From NCBI GenBank assembly GCA_963667725.2, contig CAXXHO010000003.1, forward strand, positions 576,001-640,000: a stretch of 64,000 nt of DNA, read 5' to 3'. A program made the position numbers and the translations under genes. Shown here piece after piece: positions 47,366 through 57,758 of the stretch (position 1 is the stretch's first letter; every line of letters starts with the position of its first letter). The notes below the pieces were generated by a model. That model made no database searches. It was not told the origin of the DNA and worked only from the letters and a program-made list of their open reading frames with translations. This DNA is from Treponemataceae bacterium (GTDB lineage Bacteria; Spirochaetota; Spirochaetia; Treponematales; Rectinemataceae).

Positions 47366-48676
47366 ATGGCAGAAAAGAAGGAAAAGAAGGGCATTTTCGA
47401 TTGGTATTTCAAGACCAATCTTCTCGCCCGCATTCTTGTTGGCCTCATACTTGGTGCCGTCGTGGGCATCGTCCTGGGATTTTTCCCCGATTCGGTAAAG
47501 CCCTTTGTCGATAATTCGAAATTCTTCGGCGACCTCTTCATCCGACTGCTGAAGATGATCGTGGTGCCAGTCATCCTCTTCTCCCTGATCGCGGGAGCGG
47601 CAAGCATCGATCCCGGCCGCCTCGGCCGCGTCGGCGTCAAGATCATGGCCTATTATCTGTTCACGAGCGCCCTCGCTGTCGCCATCGGCCTGGTATTTGC
47701 CAATATCCTCCAGCCCGGAGCCGGCTTCAATATCGTCGGAGCGGCCGGAGTCCAGGGAAAGGCGGCCGCCTCGCTGCCGATCTCGCAGATACTCCTCAAT
47801 ATCGTCCCGACCAACCCCATCGATTCCCTCGCCAAGGGTGACGTTCTCCCGATCATCTTCTTCGCCGTGGTCTTCGGGATCGCCCTCTCCTATATCAAGG
47901 GCGCCGAGAACAAGAGCCTGGCCAAGGCGGGCGCGACCCTCCTGGACGTGGTGAACGCAGCCGCCGAAACCATGTATAAAGTGGTTTCCGGCATCATGCA
48001 GTACGCGCCGATCGGCGTATTCGTCCTCATCGCCCAGGTGTTCGCCCAGCAGGGACCCAAGGCCATCGGACCCCTTCTCATCGTCACCCTGACCGTTTAC
48101 ATCGGACTTCTCGTTCACCTCGTGGGCGTCTACGGCGGATTCCTGTCCATCTACAAGCTGGGCTTTCTCAAATTCCTCAAGGGAGCCAATGAGGCGATGA
48201 TTACGGCCTTTGTTACCCGATCCTCGGGCGGAACCCTTCCCATCACGATGCGCTGCGCGGAAGAAAAATTGGGCATCAACCGTTCGATCTGTTCCTTCAC
48301 CCTGCCCCTGGGCGCCACGATCAATATGGATGGAACGGCGATTTATCTGGGCGTCTGCGCCATCTTCATCGGCAACGCCATCGGTCAGCCGCTTACCATG
48401 AGCCAACAGGGCATGGTCGTACTGACCGCGACCCTCGCTTCCATCGGCACGGCGGGCGTACCGGGCGCCGGAGCCATCATGCTCCTCATGGTCCTTGAAT
48501 CGATCGGCCTGAAGGTCACCGAAGGCTCGGCGGTAGCCGCGGCTTATGCGATGATCCTCGGCATCGATGCCCTCCTCGACATGGGACGCACGAGCCTCAA
48601 CGTCACGGGCGACATCGCGGGTTCAGCCATTGTGGCCAAGACTGAAAAAGAACTGGACATGACAAACTGGAAATAA
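47366..48676 (+). CDS. Dicarboxylate/amino acid:cation symporter (DAACS, GltP-like)
   Basis: [44 protein letters not shown]. Confidence 0.93.
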   Translation: MAEKKEKKGIFDWYFKTNLLARILVGLILGAVVGIVLGFFPDSVKPFVDNSKFFGDLFIRLLKMIVVPVILFSLIAGAASIDPGRLGRVGVKIMAYYLFTSALAVAIGLVFANILQPGAGFNIVGAAGVQGKAAASLPISQILLNIVPTNPIDSLAKGDVLPIIFFAVVFGIALSYIKGAENKSLAKAGATLLDVVNAAAETMYKVVSGIMQYAPIGVFVLIAQVFAQQGPKAIGPLLIVTLTVYIGLLVHLVGVYGGFLSIYKLGFLKFLKGANEAMITAFVTRSSGGTLPITMRCAEEKLGINRSICSFTLPLGATINMDGTAIYLGVCAIFIGNAIGQPLTMSQQGMVVLTATLASIGTAGVPGAGAIMLLMVLESIGLKVTEGSAVAAAYAMILGIDALLDMGRTSLNVTGDIAGSAIVAKTEKELDMTNWK

Positions 48677-48703
48677 GGGCCAGTCCCTGTTCCCATGATT
48701 GCC

Positions 48704-48741
48704 GGCCGGGCCGCCTCCGCGAGAGGTTGCCTGGCCTTTTT
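48704..48741 (+). terminator. Intrinsic terminator
   Basis: GGCCGGGC..CCTC/GAGG..GCCTGGCC stem followed by TTTTT. Confidence 0.75.
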
Positions 48742-48748
48742 ATTATTT

Positions 48749-48826
48749 CTGCATATATTATGCAAAAAATATGCATAATATGACGAAAACCCCTTGATTT
48801 ATTCTAAATATATGCATAATATGCTT
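48749..48826 (+). promoter_or_regulatory. argG promoter with ARG-box-like sites
   Basis: ATGCA-7 nt-TGCAT tandem; TTGATT-17 nt-TAATAT overlapped by a further TGCAT. Confidence 0.7.
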
Positions 48827-48829
48827 TTC

Positions 48830-48901
48830 ATGATGTTTAGATTCGAGTATTCTTCCTTTCTTCCTCAAACCCGCCTCGAGGCCCGCCTCCGTCGTCGCTG
48901 A
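48830..48901 (+). CDS. Candidate Arg-rich leader peptide MMFRFEYSSFLPQTRLEARLRRR
   Basis: 23 codons, 6 Arg, ends RLRRR-stop; starts 8 nt after the predicted -10. Confidence 0.55.
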   Translation: MMFRFEYSSFLPQTRLEARLRRR

Positions 48902-48968
48902 GCATTCATTTGGCCGACAGGGCGTTCAGCCGGAAAATCACTAGAAAATGTATTGCAAGGAGTAAGCC

Positions 48969-50246
48969 ATGAAAAAGAAAATCGTGCTCGCATATTCGGG
49001 CGGCCTCGACACTACCGTCATCGTTCCCTGGCTCAAGGAAAATTATGACTGCGACGTGGTCGCCGCCTGCGGGGATGTAGGACAGGAAGCCGACTGGGCG
49101 ACCATGGAAAAACGCGCCCTCGCTTCCGGCGCGATCAAGTTCATCAAGCTGGACCAGAAAGACGAATTCGTGAAAGACTACCTCTGGGCTCTCGTGAAGT
49201 CGGGAAGTCCCTACGAGAAGAAATATCTGCTTGGCACCTCGGCGGCGCGGCCCCTCCTCGCCAAGGGTCTAGCGCAGATCGCCATCGCCGAGAAAGCCGA
49301 CGCGATCGCCCATGGCTGCACGGGCAAGGGCAACGACCAGGTCCGCTTCGAGCTGGGCATTAAGGCTTTCGCGCCTGAGATGGAAGTGATAGCTCCCTGG
49401 AGAATATGGGACATCCAGAGCAGGGAAGAGGAGATCGAATACCTCGAGAAGCGGAATATCCCCGTGCCCATGAAGAAGTCCGACTCCTATTCCCGCGACG
49501 ACAATGTCTGGCACATCAGCCATGAGGGCCTCGATCTCGAGAATCCGGCCAACGAACCCAAGTTCGAAGGCATGCTTAAAATGTGCGTTCCCCCCGAACA
49601 GGCGCCCGACAAGGCCGAATACGTGACCATAGGCTTCGAGAAGGGCGTGCCAGTCTCGGTGAACGGCGAGAAGCTCGATCCCCTCTCCATCGTCAAGAAA
49701 CTCAACGTCATCGGCGGCAAGAACGGCGTGGGCGTCATCGATATGGTGGAAAACCGCGTGGTGGGCATGAAGTCCCGCGGCGTCTACGAGACCCCGGGCG
49801 GCACCATCATCATGGAAGCCCACGACAAGCTCGAACAGCTCTGCCTCGATAAGAAAACGCTCTCCTTCAAGCTCACGGTGGCCCAGCGCTTCGCCGAGAT
49901 ACTCTACGAAGGCGAGTGGTTCTCGCCCCTCTGCGCGGCTCTCAACGCCTTCATCGATTCAACCCAGGAAGTGGTGACGGGCAGCGTGACCGTAAAGCTC
50001 TACAAGGGTTCCATACTTTCGGCCGGCGCGACCTCGCCCTATTCGCTCTACGACGCGAGCCTCGCGAGCTTCACGACGGGACCGCTCTTCTCCCACAAGG
50101 ATTCCAGCGGCTTCATCAACCTCTTCGGCCTGCCCACCAAGGTGAGGGCGCGGCTCAACGCGCGCATCGCCGCCCACGGCACGGCTTCCGGCCCCGATGT
50201 GGTGAAACCGGGCTGTTCGGGCTATACTGCTCCAGCGGGCGACTGA
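48969..50246 (+). CDS. argG: Argininosuccinate synthase
   Basis: LAYSGGLDT, HGCTGKGNDQVRFE, ENRVVGMKSRGVYETPG. Confidence 0.97.
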   Translation: MKKKIVLAYSGGLDTTVIVPWLKENYDCDVVAACGDVGQEADWATMEKRALASGAIKFIKLDQKDEFVKDYLWALVKSGSPYEKKYLLGTSAARPLLAKGLAQIAIAEKADAIAHGCTGKGNDQVRFELGIKAFAPEMEVIAPWRIWDIQSREEEIEYLEKRNIPVPMKKSDSYSRDDNVWHISHEGLDLENPANEPKFEGMLKMCVPPEQAPDKAEYVTIGFEKGVPVSVNGEKLDPLSIVKKLNVIGGKNGVGVIDMVENRVVGMKSRGVYETPGGTIIMEAHDKLEQLCLDKKTLSFKLTVAQRFAEILYEGEWFSPLCAALNAFIDSTQEVVTGSVTVKLYKGSILSAGATSPYSLYDASLASFTTGPLFSHKDSSGFINLFGLPTKVRARLNARIAAHGTASGPDVVKPGCSGYTAPAGD

Positions 50247-50306
50247 TGTGACGATAAGCGCCGAACGTCGACGCGCCAAGGGCGCGGGAGGTTTGGCAAG
50301 GGTGAT

Positions 50307-50336
50307 AGGGGAGGCGCCGCGCCTCCCCTCATTTTT
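50307..50336 (+). terminator. Terminator-like hairpin between argG and argH
   Basis: AGGGGAGGCG-CCG-CGCCTCCCCT followed by CATTTTT. Confidence 0.6.
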
Positions 50337-50353
50337 ATAAGGATGGTGCTGAA

Positions 50354-51847
50354 GTGGCTAAACTGTGGCAGGCCGCCGCGGGCGGCGTGGGGCTCCACCC
50401 CGACGTGGAGGCCTTTCTTTCTTCTCTTTCGGTGGATTCGAGGCTTCTGGGCGAGGACATCGAGTGCTCGATAGCCCACGCGGCGATGCTGGGGAGGCAG
50501 GGCATTCTTCCGCCCGAGGAGTCGGCGTCGATATGCGCGGCTCTCGAGCTTATGCTGGCCGAGGCAGGAGAGGGAAAGCTCGCCGTAGATCCGGAGAGCG
50601 AGGACATCCATTCCTTTATCGAGGCCGAGCTGACGAAGAGGCTCGGCGAGGCGGGGAAGGCTGTCCATGCCGGGAGAAGCAGGAACGACCAGGTGGCTGT
50701 CGCCTTCAGGATGCATATTCTGCGGGCTTTCGACGCGACCGAGGGGGCGGCCTTGGGCGCGCTGAGAGCCTTGCTCGATCTGGCCGCGAATCACAGAGAA
50801 ACGATCATGCCGGGGTATACGCACTTGCAGCGCGCCCAGCCGGTGACGCTCGCGCACCACCTGCTTGCCTGGTGCGCCGCCCTCGAGCGCGACTGCGGCA
50901 GGTTGCGGGACGGACGCGCGCGGGCTGACGAATGTCCGCTGGGCTCAGGCGCCCTCGCGGGATCGGGTCTGCCCACCGACAGGGAATTCACGGCGGCCGC
51001 CTTAGGCTTCGCGCGTCCGTCCCGCAACACCATGGACGCCGTGGCCGATAGGGACGCATGTTTGGACTACGGGGCGGTCTGCTCCAGCATCATGGTCCAC
51101 CTCTCGCGCGCCTGCGAGGATATCGCCCTCTGGGTATCCACCGAATATTCATTCATGAGCCTGAGCGACGCTGCGAGCACCGGTTCGAGCATCATGCCCC
51201 AGAAGAGGAATCCCGATCCCGCCGAGCTCATCCGCGGAAAGACCGCGAGGGTTTTCGGGGCGCTCCAGGCCCTCCTCGTCATGCAGAAAGGCCTGCCCTA
51301 CGCCTACAACCGCGATCTCCAGGAAGACAAGGAAATGTTCTTCGACATCGAAGACACCGTGACTGGAGCCCTGCGCGCCTTTGCCGTCCTCGTCTCCTCG
51401 CTCCAGCCCAATGTCGAAAAGATGAGGAAAGCGGTGGACGAGGGTTTCCTCGAGGCTACCGACATAGCCGAATATCTCGTGCTGGAAGGCCTGCCTTTCA
51501 GGACCGCGTACCAGGCGGCCAAAGCCCTCGTGAAACTCAGTCTCTCCACCGGCAAGCGTTTCGCCGCGCTCTCCCTCGAGGAAATCCAGGCCAGCCATGA
51601 GGCTTTCGCTCGACCCGGCTTCGATAGGAAGGCCTTCATTGACTATCTTGAGCCCGCTTCCTGCGTGGCGAGGCGGAGGCAGACCGGCGGCCCCGCGCCC
51701 GAACGCACCGGCGAGGAGGTCCAGCGTCTGTCGGCCCTTGTCGCCGCGAGACAGGCAGCCTTGGCCGCTCAAACTGACGCTCAGATGGCTGCCCGGTTGA
51801 CCGCTCGGCGGGTTGCGAGGCAACCCGCCCGGAGCGCAGCCCCTTGA
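50354..51847 (+). CDS. argH: Argininosuccinate lyase
   Basis: EDIH, GRSRNDQV, MPGYTHLQRAQP, GSSIMPQKRNPD, YNRDLQEDK. Confidence 0.97.
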   Translation: MAKLWQAAAGGVGLHPDVEAFLSSLSVDSRLLGEDIECSIAHAAMLGRQGILPPEESASICAALELMLAEAGEGKLAVDPESEDIHSFIEAELTKRLGEAGKAVHAGRSRNDQVAVAFRMHILRAFDATEGAALGALRALLDLAANHRETIMPGYTHLQRAQPVTLAHHLLAWCAALERDCGRLRDGRARADECPLGSGALAGSGLPTDREFTAAALGFARPSRNTMDAVADRDACLDYGAVCSSIMVHLSRACEDIALWVSTEYSFMSLSDAASTGSSIMPQKRNPDPAELIRGKTARVFGALQALLVMQKGLPYAYNRDLQEDKEMFFDIEDTVTGALRAFAVLVSSLQPNVEKMRKAVDEGFLEATDIAEYLVLEGLPFRTAYQAAKALVKLSLSTGKRFAALSLEEIQASHEAFARPGFDRKAFIDYLEPASCVARRRQTGGPAPERTGEEVQRLSALVAARQAALAAQTDAQMAARLTARRVARQPARSAAP

Positions 51848-52641
51848 AGCCGGCCGAATCGGCGGCGCCCGCCGCGCTCGCAGAAACTGCCGCGCTCGCA
51901 GAGACTGCCGCGCTGCCCTGCATCCTCCTCGCCGCGGGCGCTAGCTCGCGGATGGGGCGGCCCAAACTGCTGCTGCCTATGGACGGCGAGCCCGTCGTTC
52001 GGAGGACAACCCGAATCGCCCTCGCTCATTGCCGACCGCTCATCATCGTCACCGGGTTCGGGCGCGAGAACATCGAGGCGGCCTTGGCCGGTCTCGACAA
52101 TATCGTCTTCGTCCACAATCCTGACTGGAAAGAGGGAAGGGTGACTTCAGTCCTCGCCGGCATAAAAGCCCTTCCTTCTGGCTGTCCCGGCTTCTTCCTC
52201 CACCACGCCGACATGCCCTTTGTCGACAAAACGGTTTTCGCCGCCCTGGGCCGCGCCGCATCGCTGCAGCTAGCCGACGCGGGACATCCCGGAGCCCCGG
52301 AGCATCCTGCCACCGCCGCGGGGCGCCCCAATGCCCCCGTCGCCCTCGTCGCGGGACGAAACGGGAAGGCTGGCCATCCCGTCTATTTCCCCGCTTCGTA
52401 TATTCCCGCCATCCAGGCCCAGCGGACCGGCGAAAGACTCATGGACATACTTTTAGCCTTGGGTTCCCTCATCGTCGAAACCGGATGCGACGGCGTCCTG
52501 GAGGACATGGACAGCCCCGAGGAATACGCCGCCCTGGCCGCGAAATATGGCCTGAGGCCGGAAGCGGACGCCACCCTGGGATCGGTTGCCGGCTCGGAGC
52601 CGCGCCCCAGCCCTGGGGATGTGGCCAAGATTAAAACATGA
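51844..52641 (+). CDS. MocA/MobA-like nucleotidyltransferase
   Basis: ILLAAGASSRMGRPKLLL, NPDW.EG..S, DMP, GHPV, DMDSPEEY. Confidence 0.85.
   Translation: MKPAESAAPAALAETAALAETAALPCILLAAGASSRMGRPKLLLPMDGEPVVRRTTRIALAHCRPLIIVTGFGRENIEAALAGLDNIVFVHNPDWKEGRVTSVLAGIKALPSGCPGFFLHHADMPFVDKTVFAALGRAASLQLADAGHPGAPEHPATAAGRPNAPVALVAGRNGKAGHPVYFPASYIPAIQAQRTGERLMDILLALGSLIVETGCDGVLEDMDSPEEYAALAAKYGLRPEADATLGSVAGSEPRPSPGDVAKIKT
51871..51914 (+). repeat. 18-nt in-frame tandem repeat (AALAET x~2.4)
   Basis: GCCGCGCTCGCAGA(A/G)ACT twice plus GCCGCGCT. Confidence 0.9.
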
Positions 52642-52657
52642 AGCTATAATGGCGGCC

Positions 52658-53149
52658 ATGACGCGGCAGGACGAAAAAAGCGGCGAAAAGACCAATGTGA
52701 TTCGGCTTCTTGAAGCCGCGAACCTCCCTTTCGAAATCCTTCATTATGAAGTGGATGAAGACCTCTCGGCGACCCACGCGGCGGAAAAGCTCGGGCTCGA
52801 TCCGGACCAGGTTTTCAAGACGATCGTCCTGTCGGGCGAACGGATGGGTCATTTCGTCTGTGTCATCCCCGGATCCTGCGAGATAGACCTGAAAAAAGCG
52901 GCCAAAGCCCTGGGCGACAAGAGCTGCTCCCTCCTCCCTCTCAAGGAGCTAGAACCCCTCACGGGCTATGTGAGGGGAGGCTGTTCGCCCATAGGCATGA
53001 AGAAGCGCTTCCCCACCTTCCTGGACGAGACAGCCTTCCTCTTCGAGAAGATTTCCGTGAGCGCGGGCAGGAGGGGCATGCAGGCGCTGATCAGCCCCCG
53101 GCTTCTGCTCGACATCGTGGGAGCCGCCACCGCCGATCTCATCGCCTGA
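52658..53149 (+). CDS. ybaK: Cys-tRNA(Pro) deacylase
   Basis: KTN..RLL, QVFKT, DLKKAAK, TGYVRGGCSPIG, SAGRRG. Confidence 0.92.
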   Translation: MTRQDEKSGEKTNVIRLLEAANLPFEILHYEVDEDLSATHAAEKLGLDPDQVFKTIVLSGERMGHFVCVIPGSCEIDLKKAAKALGDKSCSLLPLKELEPLTGYVRGGCSPIGMKKRFPTFLDETAFLFEKISVSAGRRGMQALISPRLLLDIVGAATADLIA

Positions 53150-53186
53150 TCCGCCCAAGCCGGAAGCTTCCAGGCGATCTTGCCGT

Positions 53187-53271
53187 ATTGGATAAATATG
53201 CAAAAAAATTACATAAATACGTAAAATTCTCGTAAAACCCCTTGATGCGACCCCTTCATCCCCGCTATTTT
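53187..53271 (+). promoter_or_regulatory. Tandem ARG boxes and the carA promoter
   Basis: ATTGGATAAATATGCAAA-3 nt-ATTACATAAATACGTAAA; TTGATG-18 nt-TATTTT. Confidence 0.7.
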
Positions 53272-53275
53272 AAAC

Positions 53276-53396
53276 CGACACCGCCGCACCTGCCAAAGGA
53301 CCTTCCAAAGGTTTACCCCGCGCACGGTATCCCTAGCATGGCGGTGTCGTACCGCCGCTGTTTTCGGAAGCCAGAAAGGAAAGCCGGCGGAAGGAG
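53276..53396 (+). ncRNA. Candidate structured cis-regulatory leader of carAB
   Basis: 10-bp stem CGACACCGCC/GGCGGTGTCG enclosing short hairpins; competing pairings next to the SD. Confidence 0.5.
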
Positions 53397-53402
53397 ACAG
53401 TC

Positions 53403-54515
53403 ATGCATTCCCGGAAAAAATCCGCTCGCCTCGTCCTCGAAGACGGCACCGAGTTCGCCGGAACGGCCTTTGGGGCCACACGTTCCCTGCGCGGCGAAGT
53501 CGTTTTTTCCACGGGCATGGTCGGCTATCCGCAATCCCTCACCGATCCCTCCTACAAAGGACAGATTCTCACGCTTACCTATCCGCTCGCCGGCAATTAC
53601 GGCGTTCCCGCGAGTTCGCTGGATCGCCACGGCATTCCGCGCGAGTTCGAATCCGAAAAAATACAAGTATCGGGGCTCGTCGTCGCCGAGCTCTGCGAAG
53701 AGCCGAGTCATTTCAGCTCGAGGCGCACCCTATCCGCGTGGATGGAAGGCGAGGGCATCCCCGGAATCTCCGGCATCGATACGCGCGCCCTCACCCAACT
53801 CCTGCGGGAGGAAGGCGTCATGAAGGGGCGCATCGTCGTGGACGGAAAGGAACCCGAGGCATCCAACGGAAGGGAGGACGAGAACCCCGTCGCCGAAGTG
53901 TCCTGCGGCGAATCGCGGACCTACAAGGGCGAGGCCGGGGGGCCGACGATAGCCGTCGTGGACTGCGGCGTGAAGGCCAACATCCTCAGGATCATCCTCG
54001 ATACGGGGGCGACTGTCGTGCGCATTCCCTGGGACAGCGACTTCCGCAAGATCGCCTGCGACGGCATATTCCTCTCCAACGGCCCCGGCGACCCCAAGGC
54101 CTGCACGAAGACCATAGCCTCGGTGCGGCGAGCCCTCGCCGACGAAAAGCCCATCTTCGGCATCTGCCTCGGCAACCAGATCCTCGCCCTCGCGGCCGGC
54201 GCCGACACCTATAAACTGCCTTACGGCCACCGGGGCCAGAACCAGCCGGCCCTGGAGGTCGGCACACGCCGCTGCTATATGACGAGCCAGAACCACGGCT
54301 ACGCGGTGCGAGCGGACAGCCTGCCCCACGGCTGGGAACCCTGGTTTGTCAACGTCAACGACGGGACGATCGAGGGCATACGCTCGACGCGAAAGCCCTT
54401 CCGCGCCGTGCAGTTCCATCCCGAAGGCTGCCCGGGACCGAGGGACACCCAGTTCCTTCTCGAACAGTTCATCGCCGACGCGAAGCTCTATGGAGAAAGC
54501 CATGAAAAAGCCTGA
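53403..54515 (+). CDS. carA: Carbamoyl-phosphate synthase small subunit
   Basis: [35 protein letters not shown]. Confidence 0.97.
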   Translation: MHSRKKSARLVLEDGTEFAGTAFGATRSLRGEVVFSTGMVGYPQSLTDPSYKGQILTLTYPLAGNYGVPASSLDRHGIPREFESEKIQVSGLVVAELCEEPSHFSSRRTLSAWMEGEGIPGISGIDTRALTQLLREEGVMKGRIVVDGKEPEASNGREDENPVAEVSCGESRTYKGEAGGPTIAVVDCGVKANILRIILDTGATVVRIPWDSDFRKIACDGIFLSNGPGDPKACTKTIASVRRALADEKPIFGICLGNQILALAAGADTYKLPYGHRGQNQPALEVGTRRCYMTSQNHGYAVRADSLPHGWEPWFVNVNDGTIEGIRSTRKPFRAVQFHPEGCPGPRDTQFLLEQFIADAKLYGESHEKA

Positions 54516-57500
54516 AAAAGTCCTCGTCCTCGGATCCGGCGGCCTCAAGATCGGGCAGGCCGGGGAGTTCGACTATTCCGGTTCGCAGGCGCTCAAGGCC
54601 CTGCGCGAGGAAGGCATCTCCACCGTCCTCATCAATCCGAACATCGCCACTATTCAGACGAGCGAAGGCATGGCCGATGCCACCTACTTCCTCCCCGTGA
54701 CGCCCGAGTTCGTGAAGAAGGTCATCGAGAAGGAGAGGCCCGACGGTATCCTACTCTCATTCGGCGGCCAGACAGCGCTGAACTGCGGCATCGCCCTCCA
54801 CGACGAAGGCATCCTCTACAAGTACGGCGTGGACGTCCTCGGGACGCCGGTCGAGGCGATCCGCCTCACCGAGGACAGGGACCTCTTCGCCCGCAGGCTC
54901 CACGAGATAGGGGCGGGAACGCCTCGCAGCTCGGCCGCTCTCTCCATAGAGGAAGCGATGGCCGCCGCCGCCGAGATCGGCTATCCGGTGATGGTGCGCG
55001 CCGCCTTCGCCTTGGGCGGGGCCGGCTCGGGCATCTGCAGGAACGAAAAGCAGCTTAAGGCGCGCTGCGAGAAGGCTTTTTCCCTCTCGCCCCAGGTTCT
55101 CGTCGAGGAATGGCTCGGCGGCTGGAAGGAGGTGGAGTACGAGGTCGTGCGCGACAAGTACGACAACTGCATCACCGTCTGCAACATGGAGAACTTCGAT
55201 CCCCTCGGCATACACACGGGCGAGAGCATCGTCGTCGCGCCCTCCCAGACCCTGACGGACCGCGAGTACCATATGCTCCGCGCCGTGGCCCTCAAGGTCA
55301 TCCGCTCCATCGGCATCGTGGGCGAGTGCAACATCCAGTACGCCCTCGATCCGAAGTCGGAGGAGTACAGGATCATCGAAGTGAACGCCAGGCTCTCGCG
55401 CAGCTCGGCGCTCGCTTCCAAGGCCACCGGCTATCCCCTCGCGTACGTGGCCGCGAAGCTCGCCCTCGGGGCCTCCCTCACCGAGATCAGCAACAAGATC
55501 ACCAAGGCCACCATGTCCTGTTTCGAGCCCGCGCTGGACTACTGCGTGGTCAAGATTCCGCGCTGGGACCTCACGAAATTCAAGGAAGTGGACACTCACC
55601 TCGGCAGCGAGATGAAGTCCGTGGGCGAGGTTATGTCCATCGGCCGAAGCTTCGAGGAAGCCCTCCAGAAAGCCGTGCGCATGACGGGCACGGGCGCCAT
55701 GGGGCTCTCCGACGACCCGAAACTGATGGGAAGGGAATTCACCTCCACGAAGGAAGCCCTCAGGCAGCCGACGGACAGGAGGCTTTTCGCCGTCTACCGC
55801 GCCCTCAGCGAAGGCTGGACCATCGACGCCATCCACAAGGAGACGAAGATCGACCGCTGGTTCCTGGAGGGCATCGCCTCTGTGCATCGCGTGGAGAAGG
55901 AACTGCGGGCGGCGGCGGAAAAGTGCCGCCCGGGCAAGTTCCCGCCGACTGACCTCATCCTCGCGGCAAAGCGGAAGGGCTTTTCAGACGAGGCACTGGC
56001 GCGGATGCTGAACGTCAAGGAAAGCGACTTCCGCGCCTTCCGCGAAGGGAAGGGCATCGTGCCCGTCGTCAAGCAGATCGACACCTTGGCCGCCGAATAC
56101 CCCGCCGAGACGAACTATCTCTACATCACCTACTCAGGCCTGAAGAACGACGTGACTCCCCTGGGGACGGGCGTCATGGTGCCAGGCTCGGGGCCCTACC
56201 GCATCGGATCGAGCGTCGAGTTCGACTGGTGCTGCGTCAACGCCATCCAGACGGCGAGGAACGTGGGCAGGAAAACCATAATGGTCAACTGCAACCCCGA
56301 AACCGTGAGCACCGACTATGACGCCTGCGACAGGCTCTATTTCGAGGAACTGAGCCTCGAGCGCGTTCTCGATATCTACGAATTCGAGCGGCCTGAGGGG
56401 ATGATCCTCTCCATGGGTGGCCAGATCCCGAACAACCTGGCCCTCAAGCTTTACGACGCGGGCGCCGTCATCCTGGGTACCTCGCCTGAGAACATCGACA
56501 GGGCCGAGGACCGGAACAAGTTTTCAGCCCTCCTCGACACCCTCGACGTGGACCAGCCCGAATGGAAGGACCTGACGATGGTGGCCGAAGCCCTGATCTT
56601 CGCCGAGAAGGTGGGCTATCCCGTCCTCGTCCGCCCCAGCTACGTGCTCTCGGGCGCAGCCATGAACGTGGCCTGGGACAAGGACAGTCTGACGAAGTTC
56701 CTGGGCATGGCCGCCGACGTTTCCAGGGAACATCCCGTCGTCATTTCCAAGTTCATCGAGAATTCCAAGGAAATAGAGATAGACGCCGTGGCCAAGCGGG
56801 GAAGGGTGATCTATCACGCCATCACGGAGCATATCGAAAACGCCGGCGTCCACTCGGGCGACGCCACCGTGGTGCTGCCTGCCCAGCGCCTGTATATCGA
56901 AACGATTCGTAAGATCAGGAAGATCACCGAGAAGATCGCGGAAGCCCTCGAGATCACGGGGCCCTTCAACATCCAGTTCATCGCCCAGCGCAACAAGATC
57001 AAGGTGATCGAATGTAATCTTCGCGCGAGCCGCAGCTTTCCCTTCTGCTCCAAGGTTTCGAGGGTGAACATGATCGACCTCGCCACGAAGGCCATCCTCG
57101 ACGAGGATACGGGCGTGATATCATCCTCGGCCCTCGACCTGCCCTGGGTGGGCGTAAAGGCCGCGCAGTTCAGCTTCTCGCGCCTCCATGGCGCCGACCC
57201 CATTCTGGGCGTCGAAATGGCTTCGACCGGCGAAGTGGGATGCATCGGCACCGACCTCGACGACGCCTTCCTCAAGGCCCTTCTTTCGGTTGGCTACAGC
57301 GTTCCGAAGAAGAATATCCTTCTATCGACAGGGCCCCTTGAGAACAAGCTGGAGTTCCTCGCGAGCGCCAAGAAGCTTTCCGAGATGGGCTTCTCCCTCT
57401 TCGCGACGGGCGGCACGGCCAAGTTCTTGGCCGTCAACAACGTGCCCTGCGCGCGTCTGCACTGGCCGCTCGAGAAGACTGAGCCGAACATCGCCACCAT

Positions 57501-57711
57501 GCTGCGCAACAGGGACTTCGATCTCGTCATCAATATTCCTAAGAACAACAACGAGCGGGAGCTCAAGAACGACTATCTCATTCGCCGCGCGGCCATAGAC
57601 TTCAACATTCCGCTCTTCACGAACATAAAGGTGGCCAAGCAGTTCATCGACGCTATCGAATCCCAGCGCGAAAAGGGTCTGGAGATCAAGGCCTGGGAGG
57701 AATACCGCTGA
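54502..57711 (+). CDS. carB: Carbamoyl-phosphate synthase large subunit
   Basis: [41 protein letters not shown] domain. Confidence 0.97.
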   Translation: MKKPEKVLVLGSGGLKIGQAGEFDYSGSQALKALREEGISTVLINPNIATIQTSEGMADATYFLPVTPEFVKKVIEKERPDGILLSFGGQTALNCGIALHDEGILYKYGVDVLGTPVEAIRLTEDRDLFARRLHEIGAGTPRSSAALSIEEAMAAAAEIGYPVMVRAAFALGGAGSGICRNEKQLKARCEKAFSLSPQVLVEEWLGGWKEVEYEVVRDKYDNCITVCNMENFDPLGIHTGESIVVAPSQTLTDREYHMLRAVALKVIRSIGIVGECNIQYALDPKSEEYRIIEVNARLSRSSALASKATGYPLAYVAAKLALGASLTEISNKITKATMSCFEPALDYCVVKIPRWDLTKFKEVDTHLGSEMKSVGEVMSIGRSFEEALQKAVRMTGTGAMGLSDDPKLMGREFTSTKEALRQPTDRRLFAVYRALSEGWTIDAIHKETKIDRWFLEGIASVHRVEKELRAAAEKCRPGKFPPTDLILAAKRKGFSDEALARMLNVKESDFRAFREGKGIVPVVKQIDTLAAEYPAETNYLYITYSGLKNDVTPLGTGVMVPGSGPYRIGSSVEFDWCCVNAIQTARNVGRKTIMVNCNPETVSTDYDACDRLYFEELSLERVLDIYEFERPEGMILSMGGQIPNNLALKLYDAGAVILGTSPENIDRAEDRNKFSALLDTLDVDQPEWKDLTMVAEALIFAEKVGYPVLVRPSYVLSGAAMNVAWDKDSLTKFLGMAADVSREHPVVISKFIENSKEIEIDAVAKRGRVIYHAITEHIENAGVHSGDATVVLPAQRLYIETIRKIRKITEKIAEALEITGPFNIQFIAQRNKIKVIECNLRASRSFPFCSKVSRVNMIDLATKAILDEDTGVISSSALDLPWVGVKAAQFSFSRLHGADPILGVEMASTGEVGCIGTDLDDAFLKALLSVGYSVPKKNILLSTGPLENKLEFLASAKKLSEMGFSLFATGGTAKFLAVNNVPCARLHWPLEKTEPNIATMLRNRDFDLVINIPKNNNERELKNDYLIRRAAIDFNIPLFTNIKVAKQFIDAIESQREKGLEIKAWEEYR

Positions 57712-57735
57712 AGCGGCGGCCTGATTGTCGCTGAC

Positions 57736-57757
57736 GGCGGCGGCCGCGGCCGCCGCC
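57736..57757. repeat. Perfect 22-nt GC palindrome between convergent carB and the OsmC gene
   Basis: GGCGGCGGCCGCGGCCGCCGCC. Confidence 0.85.
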
Positions 57758-57758
57758 C

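Noticed and set aside
53276..53349. tRNA or SRP RNA
   Set aside because: The size is cloverleaf-like, but there are no D-loop/TTC motifs and no SRP helix-8 motif.
57736..57757. REP/MITE element
   Set aside because: Single copy in the window; best read as a hairpin between convergent genes.
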